DNA of 64,000 bases, from assembly GCA_963674945.2 (NCBI GenBank), contig CAXXWQ010000004.1, forward strand, positions 800,001 to 864,000. Reading direction: 5' to 3'. The stretch is from an uncultured Desulfosarcina sp. GTDB lineage: Bacteria > Desulfobacterota > Desulfobacteria > Desulfobacterales > Desulfosarcinaceae. The notes under the pieces were generated by a model. It did not search any database. It worked only from the letters and a program-made list of their open reading frames with translations, and was not told the origin of the DNA. The position numbers were made by a program, and so were the translations under genes. Shown here piece by piece: positions 28,858-39,596 of this stretch. Each line of letters starts with the position of its first letter. Positions within the stretch are counted from its first letter, which is position 1.

Positions 28858-29316
28858 CTATGATTCCTTTCTCATATAAACACCTCTTGAAAGGGACTCG
28901 ATTTTTCCACTCTGCTTCAGCTTGTACAGGGCATTATTTACTTGGCGTGGCGTAAAACCTCCCTTTCCCTTTAATTCTGAAACCGTGGTACCTTTACCGC
29001 CACTGCTTATTAAGTCGTAAACATTGTCAAGTATGTTTCCAGACTCGCTTACTTCCACTTTCGGTTCAGTTTTCTTTACCTCAACTGTCTTCCCAGCTTT
29101 CTTGGGAGCCTTTTTCTTCTTGGCGGCAACCTTCTTGTTGGGTGCAACCTTCTTTTTAGCTACTTTGGAAACATCCTTTTTCCTATCGGCTGTTTTCTTG
29201 GCAGGCTTTGCTATCACAGTTTCTTTTTCAATAACTGCGGCTATCTTTTCCACTTTTACAGAAATCGCTGACAATGCTTCAGAAATCGAAATCAAGTTCT
29301 TTATTACTTTCTTCAT
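28858..29316 (-). CDS. Lys/Ala-rich protein with C-terminal winged-helix-like segment
   Basis: Histone H1-like AKKK repeats, then VSELK..FTPRQVNNALYKLKQSGKIESLSRGVY. Confidence 0.7.
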   Translation of the reverse strand: MKKVIKNLISISEALSAISVKVEKIAAVIEKETVIAKPAKKTADRKKDVSKVAKKKVAPNKKVAAKKKKAPKKAGKTVEVKKTEPKVEVSESGNILDNVYDLISSGGKGTTVSELKGKGGFTPRQVNNALYKLKQSGKIESLSRGVYMRKES

Positions 29317-29426
29317 TAAAAACAATCTCCTTTGAACGGGTTAATATAGCGAGCTTAACTCATAAAAATATCATTGTAACAGTTGGAAATTTTTTAGGCA
29401 GATTATTGTATTTGATTTTCTACAAC

Positions 29427-30083
29427 CTATGGTTCCCGATGGTAGCTAAGAACCTGCCCTCTAAATGGTTTTGCTAAGTAGGTAGTATTACCTGGCTTTA
29501 CTTGGCTATGTAAGTACCCAAAACGTGACATTTTTTTACTGAAGTGAGCATGATGCCCACGTCCGGGATCAACAAGAATCACATCACAAGTTTCTTTTGC
29601 ATGCTGTTCAATGAAACCAGCCAACAGCTCAACATGAGATCTCTCATATAACAGGTCACTACCAATGACGAGATCAAACTCTCCTATCCCACTATCTTTA
29701 TCTCCCCATCCTGTACAAAAGAAAGGGATTTCTTTGCCATTATTGAGTTGAACGTTTTTTCGAAGAAAACTTTCTACCTCTGGATGGTAATCCATAGCTG
29801 TTATATCCATGAAGCGATGATTAAGCACCAAACTCGCCAAAGCGATTCCACAACCAACTTCCAAAATACGTAACCCTTTACATTCATAGTCGTGCATGAG
29901 GTGGGCAAGGACTTTTCCAGAATCCCAAATGACACCAAATAAAGGCCACATTGCCGATGATATTCCCTTTTTTAAAGCCATACCATCAACATCAGAATAC
30001 TGTTGTTTGTCTCGCAGTGTTCGAACATGAATATCTGTTTTGCCAAATTCAAAGGTTTGGTAACGAACTCGTATTTTGGACAT
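29427..30083 (-). CDS. Class I SAM-dependent methyltransferase (protein-lysine MTase-like)
   Basis: WPLFGVIW, ILEVGCG, FDLVIGSDLLYE. Confidence 0.85.
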   Translation of the reverse strand: MSKIRVRYQTFEFGKTDIHVRTLRDKQQYSDVDGMALKKGISSAMWPLFGVIWDSGKVLAHLMHDYECKGLRILEVGCGIALASLVLNHRFMDITAMDYHPEVESFLRKNVQLNNGKEIPFFCTGWGDKDSGIGEFDLVIGSDLLYERSHVELLAGFIEQHAKETCDVILVDPGRGHHAHFSKKMSRFGYLHSQVKPGNTTYLAKPFRGQVLSYHREP

Positions 30084-30113
30084 AAATGACCTTTAACGTG
30101 TATTTTAATCTAA

Positions 30114-32022
30114 GGGCTCGCGCAAAAATAAATTCACATTTTCATGGTGAGATCGAATAGTTCCAATTTGGCCGTTGAGTATATCGTCTCAAGTTTATTT
30201 GATGCATTTGTTGGTCGGAGACCTTTTTACCTTTACGGTAATTCTTGTTGTTAAGAAAAACGCGGATTTTCAACCCTGTCGCGGTTTTGGTCGAACGAAT
30301 GAATTTCAACACAGTTTCGTAATCAAGCAAGGGTTGTGCTGCCCAGTTGTTGCTAATGAAAGAAAACATACGGTGTTCGATGGGATTCCACTTGGAGGAA
30401 CCGGGTGGATAATGACATACTTTGACCTTCAGGCCGAAGCGGCTGCAAAGACGGATCTGCAGCTGCTGTTTCCAAAGCCGGATTCTGTAGCCATTGCTTC
30501 CACCACAATCGGCCAGAATGAGCAGACGATCGGCATCAGGATAGTGGCGAGAACCAACTTTTTGCCACCATGTACGGATAGAATCTACGGCAAACTCGGA
30601 AGTATCGCGACTGGTGCCAACACATACAAAGCCCTTGTTTTGAATAATGTCATAGATACCGTATGGGATCGCAACACCATTGGCGTCAGAGGGGAAATCA
30701 TGATCCAAGACTTTTATCGGTGCTTGGCTCCATCGACGCCCGGCCTGATGGAACGGTCCTATTAGTTCTCGGCTTTTGGTATCAACACTGATCACGGGCA
30801 TTCCGTCGGCTTTATAGCAGCGTATCTGGCTGCGAAGATAGCGAAACTGTAAATCACGCTGGTGGGGATCGGGTGGTTTACTCTGCCCGGATTCAAGACA
30901 TTTAAGATTCAAGCGTAGGGAATAGTTCATTTGCTTTAACAATCTACCCACTGTTTTGGCCGATACCCGGATGCCGGCACGTTTCAATTGTTGGGCGATT
31001 TTTCCTGTGGTCTTGCGTGTCCACTTACACCCACTTACCGGATCACCAGCGGTCTCGTGCTCCATGATGACGGCGATGGCGTCTATGATTTCGGGCGTTT
31101 TTTTTCTTGCAGAAGGCGCCCGCCTCCTGCTGCCCGAACTTTTTGGGTACTCAAATCGCCGCTGATCAGTTCTTGTCGACCACGTGCTACGGTATGAGGA
31201 TCCATGCCAAGCAGCGATGCGATGTAGGCGTCACCGCCGTGGCCCAACTTTAACGATTCAAGCCCGGCGTATAGCCGGCGTTGGCGTTCATCGAGCATAC
31301 TGCAAAAAAGAACAATTATGGCCTTGGCCTCTTCTGCGGCCAAGTCGGGATTGGTTACGATAACAGAAGCCAAGGACTTTTTTAAACGGGATTTGCGAAC
31401 TTTCTCCTGTCTGCGAGCAACAACGTTTTCAGGAGACAGATAAATGTAGACAGCCTCGAATTTTTTACGCTGAAGCCGGTTGTCGCGTACCAGTTGGGTC
31501 AACGCATGTTTGGTCTTGACGTGCAAAATATCTTTTAGTTCGGCGGCGCTGTACCCCGCCTCTGATCGGGCAACAAGGGTCTCGGCTGTTTGAAGCAAAT
31601 TACCGAAACGTGAAAACCAAACATATTTGCAAGACCAAAGGCCAAGTTTAGAAAATCGCGCAATGCATAAAAGAGTATAAAATTTACCTCGATGCGAATA
31701 ACTGCTCAGATACTTCAGCTGCGCCAATTTTCGAAACAGCGTTGCTCGAGCCGGATTTCCAAGCGCCTCTTGAAGTTGATTAAAAGTGGCGATTTTGTGA
31801 ACACCAAAGAAATCCTTTATGTCTTGGAGATGGTATTTTGTCTTATTCATAATGATACAATTAGCCCTACAGGTCGATTCTGTCAAGGCCAATGATCTCA
31901 TTATGAGCAACAGGACAATATATTGCTATTTAGCCAATTATACGGATTTGTTGCAAACAACCATAGGATAGTTAATGAGACTATTAGCCTCATAATATGT
32001 TAAATTATTTTTGCGCGAGCCC
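30114..32022 (-). mobile_element. ISAzo13-family element, copy 1 (1909 bp); transposase ORFs 31083-31910 and 30142-31065
   Basis: IRs GGGCTCGCGCAAAAATAA; TAA on both sides; ISVDTK, DCGGSNG and SKWNPIEHR motifs. Confidence 0.92.
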
Positions 32023-32178
32023 TAAGACGTAACCGTTGCGATCAGTTGCAATCAGTGATTCCTCTGGCTGTACGAGGATTTGATGACGTCCAATTTGTAG
32101 CTGATTTCCAAAGGCACCCTGTCCTAGATGTCAACTGTTTTGCGTGGTTATGCGGACGTTTTTTTAAAGTAAAAAACC

Positions 32179-32466
32179 TTATTTTCCACAGCATTTTTTA
32201 TACTTTTTACCGCTCCCACAAGGGCAAGGCTCATTACGTCCCACTTTTTTATCGGCGATCTCTGTTTTTAGTGGATTCAATAATATTTCCAAGTCTGTAA
32301 TATCTTCAGGCTTATCTGGTTCCAATTTAATTGTGTATTTCCAACCCTTTTCTTCAAATACTGATTCTAATTCTTTTGCTCTTTCTTCTGTTTGCACATT
32401 TACAGAAGCTGGATTGTTTTTAGTGCCTAATTTTGAGGTTTTTTTTCCATCAAATATTTTTTCCAT
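32179..32466 (-). CDS. Small SEC-C motif protein
   Basis: C-terminal [19 protein letters not shown]. Confidence 0.9.
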   Translation of the reverse strand: MEKIFDGKKTSKLGTKNNPASVNVQTEERAKELESVFEEKGWKYTIKLEPDKPEDITDLEILLNPLKTEIADKKVGRNEPCPCGSGKKYKKCCGK

Positions 32467-32575
32467 CTTTTCACCATAAATATATTATTGGATTCATGCT
32501 ACACAAAACCGCTTTGTTCGGTATGCTCCTCGCCGTCCCCAACAGCAGAAGGTTAGCCCATGCCCTTCATTACTT

Positions 32576-32911
32576 TCAACGGCCACTACAAACACGACAG
32601 GTTTCTCTTTGTATATTGGTTGATGGATAGTCTCTACATATTATAGATCGCGCTTCATATACGCTGCATGAATAGGCACCATCTATAATCTTCAAAAAGA
32701 TGCAATCTCCGTTATCTTGAAATTTCATAAAACGTCTCTCTCCGGTTTTATCAATATCGTTTGTAAATTCTTCCGAAGTCAGTCCCGTGAAACTTTCAAG
32801 CGTCTTGATATCGTTTTGAGAAAGCTGAATGTAGGCGAATTTTCTGCAACATGATCCACAGCTGTTGCATACATGCATTGTTGACACTTTGGCTATTTTA
32901 TCAAATTTCAA
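32576..32911 (-). CDS. YkgJ-family cysteine-cluster protein
   Basis: CNSCGSCC...CIFL...CSVYEARSIICRDYP. Confidence 0.85.
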   Translation of the reverse strand: MKFDKIAKVSTMHVCNSCGSCCRKFAYIQLSQNDIKTLESFTGLTSEEFTNDIDKTGERRFMKFQDNGDCIFLKIIDGAYSCSVYEARSIICRDYPSTNIQRETCRVCSGR

Positions 32912-33313
32912 TAGAATCTACTTCCTTTGAATTAACATTTGCTAATTTTGTGAAATTCTTCTTTTTGTCTCGGAATCGGCTTTTTAGTCATTCTATCTAA
33001 ATCCTGCTGTTTTTCAACAAAATTAAAATTGTATCGATATAATAAGCAAAACCGTATTTTCAGAACATTTCGATAAACTTCGAACGACCGCTTTTTGTTC
33101 CAATTCTCACACTTATGAGGAAAATCTCGATAATTCCGAAAATAATTATTATCCGTCTATATCTTGCACCAGACCATTTTTGCTGGCTATTGCAGGTTGG
33201 TCGATCTATCTCAAGTGTCGTCTGTTCCTACGCCGGTTACGATTACAATTCCGGTCAATAATTCAATAAAACTCAAACCGTTCTGATGTCATCAGTACTT
33301 CGCAGGAGCATGA

Positions 33314-33541
33314 TTACTCCATCCATAACGTCCATGCCACATCGTTCTTATTCGTACTGTGAGAGAACTTTGATTTACATGTTAGGCATAGATAATCCTG
33401 TTCCTTGTATCCGTAACGAGCTGCCCCGGCAAAAATGCGAGGTTCATCCACTTTTATTAAATTTTCATGAGGTCTACCACTACGGACTTTCTTTGATTGT
33501 TTCTCACACAAAGAACATATTTCCATTGTAAATCCCTCCAT
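33314..33541 (-). CDS. Small hypothetical protein with two CxxC motifs
   Basis: CSLC and CLTC; GGAGG upstream of the second Met. Confidence 0.6.
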   Translation of the reverse strand: MEGFTMEICSLCEKQSKKVRSGRPHENLIKVDEPRIFAGAARYGYKEQDYLCLTCKSKFSHSTNKNDVAWTLWME

Positions 33542-33731
33542 ATCTTTGAGCTTACTGCTTCAGCGCCGATTTTTGTAGAGCCATGAATGCTTCGAGCGGA
33601 TTATTCTGTGCCTTCCGATGAATCGTTCTACCGACCTAAATCGCCTCCGCTTTCGAATTCTTATCATAAAACGTGGCCGGTTTATAACGCCATCCTCGGA
33701 CAAGCACTGTTAGAAAATCCCAGGGAAGTGG

Positions 33732-33760
33732 TGACCTGACCCCGAAAATTGATCCAAATA
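33732..33760 (+). mobile_element. Isolated IS3-family-like terminal repeat
   Basis: TGACCTGACCCCGAAAATTGATCCA resembles IS3-family TG-starting ends; no transposase follows. Confidence 0.35.
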
Positions 33761-33848
33761 CTAACGTAAAAAGTGGTACAAATGCTGGAGGCAAGACAAA
33801 GCCATCCAAAAAGTGACCGTCGGCACTCGCATTTCAGTCGACAGCAAC

Positions 33849-34190
33849 TTAGTATTCTCTTCTACCGCGCCCCTGGCCTCCCCGGCCACTTCCGCGCCCT
33901 CCGCCGCGATTAGGGCCACCGTAGCCTCCTCTGCCGCGCCGGTTATCGGATTTGGGACGGGCTTCGTTAACTTTTAGCGTTCTTCCTTTGAGTTCCTTGC
34001 CATTCAAGCCCTCGATGGCGGCCTGAGCCTCATCTCGAGACGCCATTTCCGCAAATCCAAAACCTTTGGATCGACCGCTGAATTTATCGTTGATGATATT
34101 GACAGATTCGACCTGCCCAAATTCCTGCAGGGCCGATTTCAGGTCCTCTTCCGTAGTCTCGTAGGATAGATTGCCAAGATAGAGCTTCAA
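33849..34190 (-). CDS. RRM RNA-binding protein with Gly/Arg-rich tail
   Basis: LYLGNL (RNP2), RSKGFGFAEM (RNP1), RGG-rich C-terminus; TTG start after a purine-rich RBS. Confidence 0.93.
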   Translation of the reverse strand: MKLYLGNLSYETTEEDLKSALQEFGQVESVNIINDKFSGRSKGFGFAEMASRDEAQAAIEGLNGKELKGRTLKVNEARPKSDNRRGRGGYGGPNRGGGRGSGRGGQGRGRREY

Positions 34191-34373
34191 TTTAATATCC
34201 CCTTTCCTGGATGTTAAAGTAATCGATGAATTATCGTATACAGCTTTTTCCAGCCTATTTCTATCTGGTTTTTTCTCCTGTCTTGCCTCCATTGCGTGCA
34301 GCGATATTTTATTGCATTGCCCGTTCCCGCAATGATGCCTATCGCAGCTTTTTGGTGCATGTAGGCTCATTGG

Positions 34374-35861
34374 TCAGGCCGTTTTCCGATAGGCGGCGGG
34401 GTTTCTATCGCATTGTGCATCGGCCAATAGCCATTCCACCGCATCTGCAGCGGAATATGAGCGCTTGTTCCGCAGCAGCCGGAAAATGGAAAGGATGGCG
34501 TTTCCTGTGGTGATCAATGCATTTTCAACATAACCGTCCTTGCGACGTTGTCCCAATCCGATATTTGAAAGCAGCGCATTGCACAGGCACTTTTTTTGAT
34601 CGGTGTCACCCGGTTTTCCTCCCTTTTTTAAATAGGCGTCGACCGGTTCCGCCGGGCAGCGGTATCCGATACGCCCATCCTCCCTGGCATAAATCTCCCG
34701 CAAATACCCTAAGTCGCATATACGGGTTCTGCTTAGATATTGGAACGGTTCGGACAGGCTGTTTTTCAAACGTAGCACTTTGAATGGGAAATACGTCGGA
34801 GAGGCTTTGGCATCTGTAAAGACAGATGCTTCTCCGAGCAGGATGCTTTCGATGACCTTCCGCTTCAACGGTTCCGTCAACCCCGACTCCTTGCAGAAAG
34901 CGAAGACGGTACCCGCCTGGATGCCTTTGGCACCTGTGGACAATGCCTGGATCAGCTTTTCGGGAGTGCCCCAGGCACCGGCGAGCCAGAAAGGAAGGCC
35001 CAGAGCCTTTATTTCCGAGATATCGATATCATCCCGCTCACCGTAAACCGGCTCGCCTTCCTGGGTCAAAATCAGCTTTCCTCGAGGTGGCGCGTTGTGC
35101 CCGCCTGCCTGGGAAGATTCCACGACAAACCCGTCAATGCCCCCCTCCATCTTTTTGAACATCCTTCTGGCCAGGGTTGAAGACGAGATAATGGGGAAAA
35201 ACCTGGGACGTTTTAATTCCGGCGCCTTTTTCTGCAGAAAGGCGCGCGGGCTGAAGTTCAGCCGACATCCGTCCGACTCCTTTTTGCCTTGAACGTCTAT
35301 TTTGAGCGAGACATCCTGATGCCTGGACAGGCGATTGATCACCGAGGGTATTTCATTCGGAATGCCCGCCCCCATCAGCACGAAATCGACATCGGCCAGC
35401 ATAGCGCCATAAATGGCGAAAATATTCGGCAACTGAATTTTTTTAAGAAGGTTGATGCCGACAGCCCGATCATGCCCCTCCTTGGCTAAATACACCTCGC
35501 TGAAAGCTGCAACGACGGATAGCTCTTCAAGCAATCGGGGCATCTTAAGGGAAAACATCGGTGTCGCTTTGAAATGCCCGCCGCTGGGTTTTCCCATTGG
35601 TAAGAAGAAAGCCTCCTCGATTCTTTGGATCATTTCCAAATCGGGGAAAAAACTCATCGCCCGTCTGAGATGGCCGCCCGGATCCCCCAACTGTAGTTTT
35701 CGTACTAGTATTTGCTCCAGGGCAGTCCCTGAAACGACGCCCAACTGACCTGTCAGGGAGACGGCCCTAGCCAGCTTCCAACCGGATACGCCTGCTCCCA
35801 TCCCGCCTTGAATAATTGTTGGATAAACACCTTTGTTTGGCGCCTGCATCGTTTGGGTCAT
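34374..35861 (-). CDS. Nitronate monooxygenase / FabK-like flavoprotein
   Basis: IIQGGMGAGVS, AGGHN, GIQAGT; Cys-containing C-terminal extension. Confidence 0.8.
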   Translation of the reverse strand: MTQTMQAPNKGVYPTIIQGGMGAGVSGWKLARAVSLTGQLGVVSGTALEQILVRKLQLGDPGGHLRRAMSFFPDLEMIQRIEEAFFLPMGKPSGGHFKATPMFSLKMPRLLEELSVVAAFSEVYLAKEGHDRAVGINLLKKIQLPNIFAIYGAMLADVDFVLMGAGIPNEIPSVINRLSRHQDVSLKIDVQGKKESDGCRLNFSPRAFLQKKAPELKRPRFFPIISSSTLARRMFKKMEGGIDGFVVESSQAGGHNAPPRGKLILTQEGEPVYGERDDIDISEIKALGLPFWLAGAWGTPEKLIQALSTGAKGIQAGTVFAFCKESGLTEPLKRKVIESILLGEASVFTDAKASPTYFPFKVLRLKNSLSEPFQYLSRTRICDLGYLREIYAREDGRIGYRCPAEPVDAYLKKGGKPGDTDQKKCLCNALLSNIGLGQRRKDGYVENALITTGNAILSIFRLLRNKRSYSAADAVEWLLADAQCDRNPAAYRKTA

Positions 35862-35995
35862 TGGATATTCTCTTGTCAGTAAGGGATACATTCACGGGGC
35901 CTTGCCGGACACGGTCCAGGTCTCGAGGGCGTCGAAGACGCGAGTCAATATTAGGAAAAGAGCGACAGAGGCGGTTTGACCGGCTATGCTGATCT

Positions 35996-36280
35996 TCAAT
36001 AATTTCTTCTGCGAAAAGATCGCTTTTTAGGCCGCTTTCCGCCGGGATCCGCCGGTTTGACCTTGATATTGTTGCCATCGAAGAGGTTTCCATTCAAAGC
36101 TTTGATTGCCTGGTCTGCCTCCGAATTACTCGGCATTTCAATGAAGCCGAATCCTTTGGATCGACCGGAAAAGCGGTCTTTGATGACTTTAACGCTTTCG
36201 ATATCGCCATACTCGACAAATAAGGACATCAAACTGGCTTCCGTAGTGTTGTATGATAAATTTCCGATGTATATATTCAT
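35996..36280 (-). CDS. RRM RNA-binding protein
   Basis: [18 protein letters not shown], basic tail. Confidence 0.93.
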   Translation of the reverse strand: MNIYIGNLSYNTTEASLMSLFVEYGDIESVKVIKDRFSGRSKGFGFIEMPSNSEADQAIKALNGNLFDGNNIKVKPADPGGKRPKKRSFRRRNY

Positions 36281-36548
36281 TAATTCAAATCCCTTGCATC
36301 TGAAATAATTCCTCAAATTTCTGCGTGTTGTGGTTTTCCCAGATAATCGTCTGCTTCATAATCGGCGGCAGATGCATTTCCCATGTTCATTATATCCTTT
36401 CTGAATAGCATGCACATTCTTTTCTTAAGGATTAACAGCGGTCGAGGTGATACTATACGATGCAAACCGAAAAGCGATGCCGACCGTTATGGCATAGAAT
36501 ACGCTTCACCTATCAATTGAAATTGCTGGCAAGAATTCTTGGCGCCAA

Positions 36549-36902
36549 TCAATCAACGTCTTGTTCGACAGAAATTAAATCACGATCATCAAAAAAAAGT
36601 TCCGTAGTGAAATCTTCGGACAAAGTGTATCGTTCTCTGATCTTTTCAGCTATTTTAAAGGCGTACGTGCTAATTGGAAATATATTATGAGTACGAAGGG
36701 TTTCAACCAAATCAGTACCCCCTCTGGCTATGGAATCAAGGATAGCCTCACTCTTATATGTTTCTTCGCCGACTAATGAGAAATTATCCTTGCGCAGATT
36801 ATCCGATGACACTTTTTTCAAGTCTTTGTCAATAACGGCATATTCCATTATCCTTAATTCTTTTCTTTCTAAATTTCGAGAAATCAAAAATTTTTGACGC
36901 AT
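36549..36902 (-). CDS. Hypothetical protein
   Basis: 117-aa ORF co-oriented within the cold-shock cluster. Confidence 0.7.
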   Translation of the reverse strand: MRQKFLISRNLERKELRIMEYAVIDKDLKKVSSDNLRKDNFSLVGEETYKSEAILDSIARGGTDLVETLRTHNIFPISTYAFKIAEKIRERYTLSEDFTTELFFDDRDLISVEQDVD

Positions 36903-36929
36903 AATGTCTCTCTTTCAGGGTTGTTATTT

Positions 36930-37078
36930 TTATATTCTCGCTCCTTCATCCTTAGCCTGATCTATAATTTCTCCCTCTGTGGTGTTACCCTTTTCCATTT
37001 TTCGTTTTCTCTTCTCTTCTTCTTTTTCCTCTCAAGTTCTTTTTGACTTTTCGCAAATGTATAATTTGATCTTGCCAA
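36930..37078 (-). pseudogene. Small basic protein not in the ORF track, possibly frameshifted
   Basis: TTG start after AAGGGGG; MARSNYTFAKSQKELERKKKK, stop at 36962; the neighbouring frame continues EEKRKRKMEKGNTTEGEIIDQAKDEGARI. Confidence 0.5.
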
Positions 37079-37090
37079 ATTGCCCCCTTA

Positions 37091-38999
37091 GGGCTCGCGC
37101 AAAAATAATTTAACATATTATGAGGCTAATAGTCTCATTAACTATCCTATGGTTGTTTGCAACAAATCCGTATAATTGGCTAAATAGCAATATATTGTCC
37201 TGTTGCTCATAATGAGATCATTGGCCTTGACAGAATCGACCTGTAGGGCTAATTGTATCATTATGAATAAGACAAAATACCATCTCCAAGACATAAAGGA
37301 TTTCTTTGGTGTTCACAAAATCGCCACTTTTAATCAACTTCAAGAGGCGCTTGGAAATCCGGCTCGAGCAACGCTGTTTCGAAAATTGGCGCAGCTGAAG
37401 TATCTGAGCAGTTATTCGCATCGAGGTAAATTTTATACTCTTTTATGCATTGCGCGATTTTCTAAACTTGGCCTTTGGTCTTGCAAATATGTTTGGTTTT
37501 CACGTTTCGGTAATTTGCTTCAAACAGCCGAGACCCTTGTTGCCCGATCAGAGGCGGGGTACAGCGCCGCCGAACTAAAAGATATTTTGCACGTCAAGAC
37601 CAAACATGCGTTGACCCAACTGGTACGCGACAACCGGCTTCAGCGTAAAAAATTCGAGGCTGTCTACATTTATCTGTCTCCTGAAAACGTTGTTGCTCGC
37701 AGACAGGAGAAAGTTCGCAAATCCCGTTTAAAAAAGTCCTTGGCTTCTGTTATCGTAACCAATCCCGACTTGGCCGCAGAAGAGGCCAAGGCCATAATTG
37801 TTCTTTTTTGCAGTATGCTCGATGAACGCCAACGCCGGCTATACGCCGGGCTTGAATCGTTAAAGTTGGGCCACGGCGGTGACGCCTACATCGCATCGCT
37901 GCTTGGCATGGATCCTCATACCGTAGCACGTGGTCGACAAGAACTGATCAGCGGCGATTTGAGTACCCAAAAAGTTCGGGCAGCAGGAGGCGGGCGCCTT
38001 CTGCAAGAAAAAAAACGCCCGAAATCATAGACGCCATCGCCGTCATCATGGAGCACGAGACCGCTGGTGATCCGGTAAGTGGGTGTAAGTGGACACGCAA
38101 GACCACAGGAAAAATCGCCCAACAATTGAAACGTGCCGGCATCCGGGTATCGGCCAAAACAGTGGGTAGATTGTTAAAGCAAATGAACTATTCCCTACGC
38201 TTGAATCTTAAATGTCTTGAATCCGGGCAGAGTAAACCACCCGATCCCCACCAGCGTGATTTACAGTTTCGCTATCTTCGCAGCCAGATACGCTGCTATA
38301 AAGCCGACGGAATGCCCGTGATCAGTGTTGATACCAAAAGCCGAGAACTAATAGGACCGTTCCATCAGGCCGGGCGTCGATGGAGCCAAGCACCGATAAA
38401 AGTCTTGGATCATGATTTCCCCTCTGACGCCAATGGTGTTGCGATCCCATACGGTATCTATGACATTATTCAAAACAAGGGCTTTGTATGTGTTGGCACC
38501 AGTCGCGATACTTCCGAGTTTGCCGTAGATTCTATCCGTACATGGTGGCAAAAAGTTGGTTCTCGCCACTATCCTGATGCCGATCGTCTGCTCATTCTGG
38601 CCGATTGTGGTGGAAGCAATGGCTACAGAATCCGGCTTTGGAAACAGCAGCTGCAGATCCGTCTTTGCAGCCGCTTCGGCCTGAAGGTCAAAGTATGTCA
38701 TTATCCACCCGGTTCCTCCAAGTGGAATCCCATCGAACACCGTATGTTTTCTTTCATTAGCAACAACTGGGCAGCACAACCCTTGCTTGATTACGAAACT
38801 GTGTTGAAATTCATTCGTTCGACCAAAACCGCGACAGGGTTGAAAATCCGCGTTTTTCTTAACAACAAGAATTACCGTAAAGGTAAAAAGGTCTCCGACC
38901 AACAAATGCATCAAATAAACTTGAGACGATATACTCAACGGCCAAATTGGAACTATTCGATCTCACCATGAAAATGTGAATTTATTTTTGCGCGAGCCC
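37091..38999 (+). mobile_element. ISAzo13-family element, copy 2 (1909 bp), inverted relative to copy 1; ORFs 37203-38030 and 38048-38971
   Basis: Same IRs, TTA on both sides, translations identical to copy 1; A8C -1 slip site near 38010. Confidence 0.92.
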
Positions 39000-39020
39000 T
39001 TAGTAATTTTTACGCTTGGT

Positions 39021-39062
39021 AAAAAAAAGGGCATCCCCAATATCAGGAAGGATGCCCTTTTT
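39021..39062 (-). terminator. Terminator downstream of csp copy 2
   Basis: AAAAAGGGCATCC...GGATGCCCTTTTT. Confidence 0.8.
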
Positions 39063-39074
39063 CATAAAAGAGAG

Positions 39075-39275
39075 TTAAATCACCGTGACATTTGAGGCAG
39101 AAGGACCTTTTGGTCCCTGTCCAATCTCAAAAGAAACCCGGTCACCTTCGTTGAGGGATTTGAAGCCTGTCGCATTGATCGCTGAATGATGAACAAAGAC
39201 GTCTTTGCCATCTTCCTGCTCAATGAATCCAAACCCTTTTGAGTCGTTGAACCACTTAACAATTCCTTCGGTCAT
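39075..39275 (-). CDS. csp: Cold-shock protein (copy 2)
   Basis: 66 aa with RNP1 KGFGFI and RNP2 VFVH. Confidence 0.97.
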   Translation of the reverse strand: MTEGIVKWFNDSKGFGFIEQEDGKDVFVHHSAINATGFKSLNEGDRVSFEIGQGPKGPSASNVTVI

Positions 39276-39408
39276 GATAGCATCCTCCTTTCTTAAAAAT
39301 TTTCAATGTCGCAAACTGGAGGGTGCCATTTTTTTGAATGGAGGTATTCCTTCAGAAAGGAGCTGTCCTGAAGACTAAATGAATAGAAGCAGGACTTGAT
39401 TGAATAAT
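39276..39408 (-). promoter_or_regulatory. Conserved csp 5' leader, copy 2
   Basis: Aligns by eye with 42679-42807 and partly with 28738-28800. Confidence 0.65.
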
Positions 39409-39494
39409 CATACAATAGTCTATCCAAGGTCGGATTGATAGGAAAATTTTTATTTTACAAAAATAATACAATTGGTGGGATATATGGAAACCGC

Positions 39495-39523
39495 TTGACA
39501 GCAATTTTTATTCACTGTATGGT
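39495..39523 (+). promoter_or_regulatory. Sigma70 promoter for the DEAD-box helicase
   Basis: TTGACA-17 bp-TATGGT. Confidence 0.6.
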
Positions 39524-39567
39524 CAACAGCAATTAATAGTGTTCCTGGTTGTAACTAAAAATCACGT

Positions 39568-39596
39568 AAGCCCCGGAATTTCTCCGGGGCTTTTTT
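39568..39596 (+). terminator. Intrinsic terminator-like hairpin inside the helicase 5' leader
   Basis: AAGCCCCGGA-loop-TCCGGGGCTTTTTT between the promoter and the start codon. Confidence 0.7.

Noticed and set aside
33786..34291. 13-bp perfect inverted repeat TGGAGGCAAGACA flanking the RRM gene
   Set aside because: One 13-bp match at this spacing is plausible by chance in 64 kb; no TSD or dedicated invertase
32023..37090. Claim that the segment between the ISAzo13 copies is already inverted
   Set aside because: Genes inside and on both sides are all on the minus strand, consistent with the original orientation
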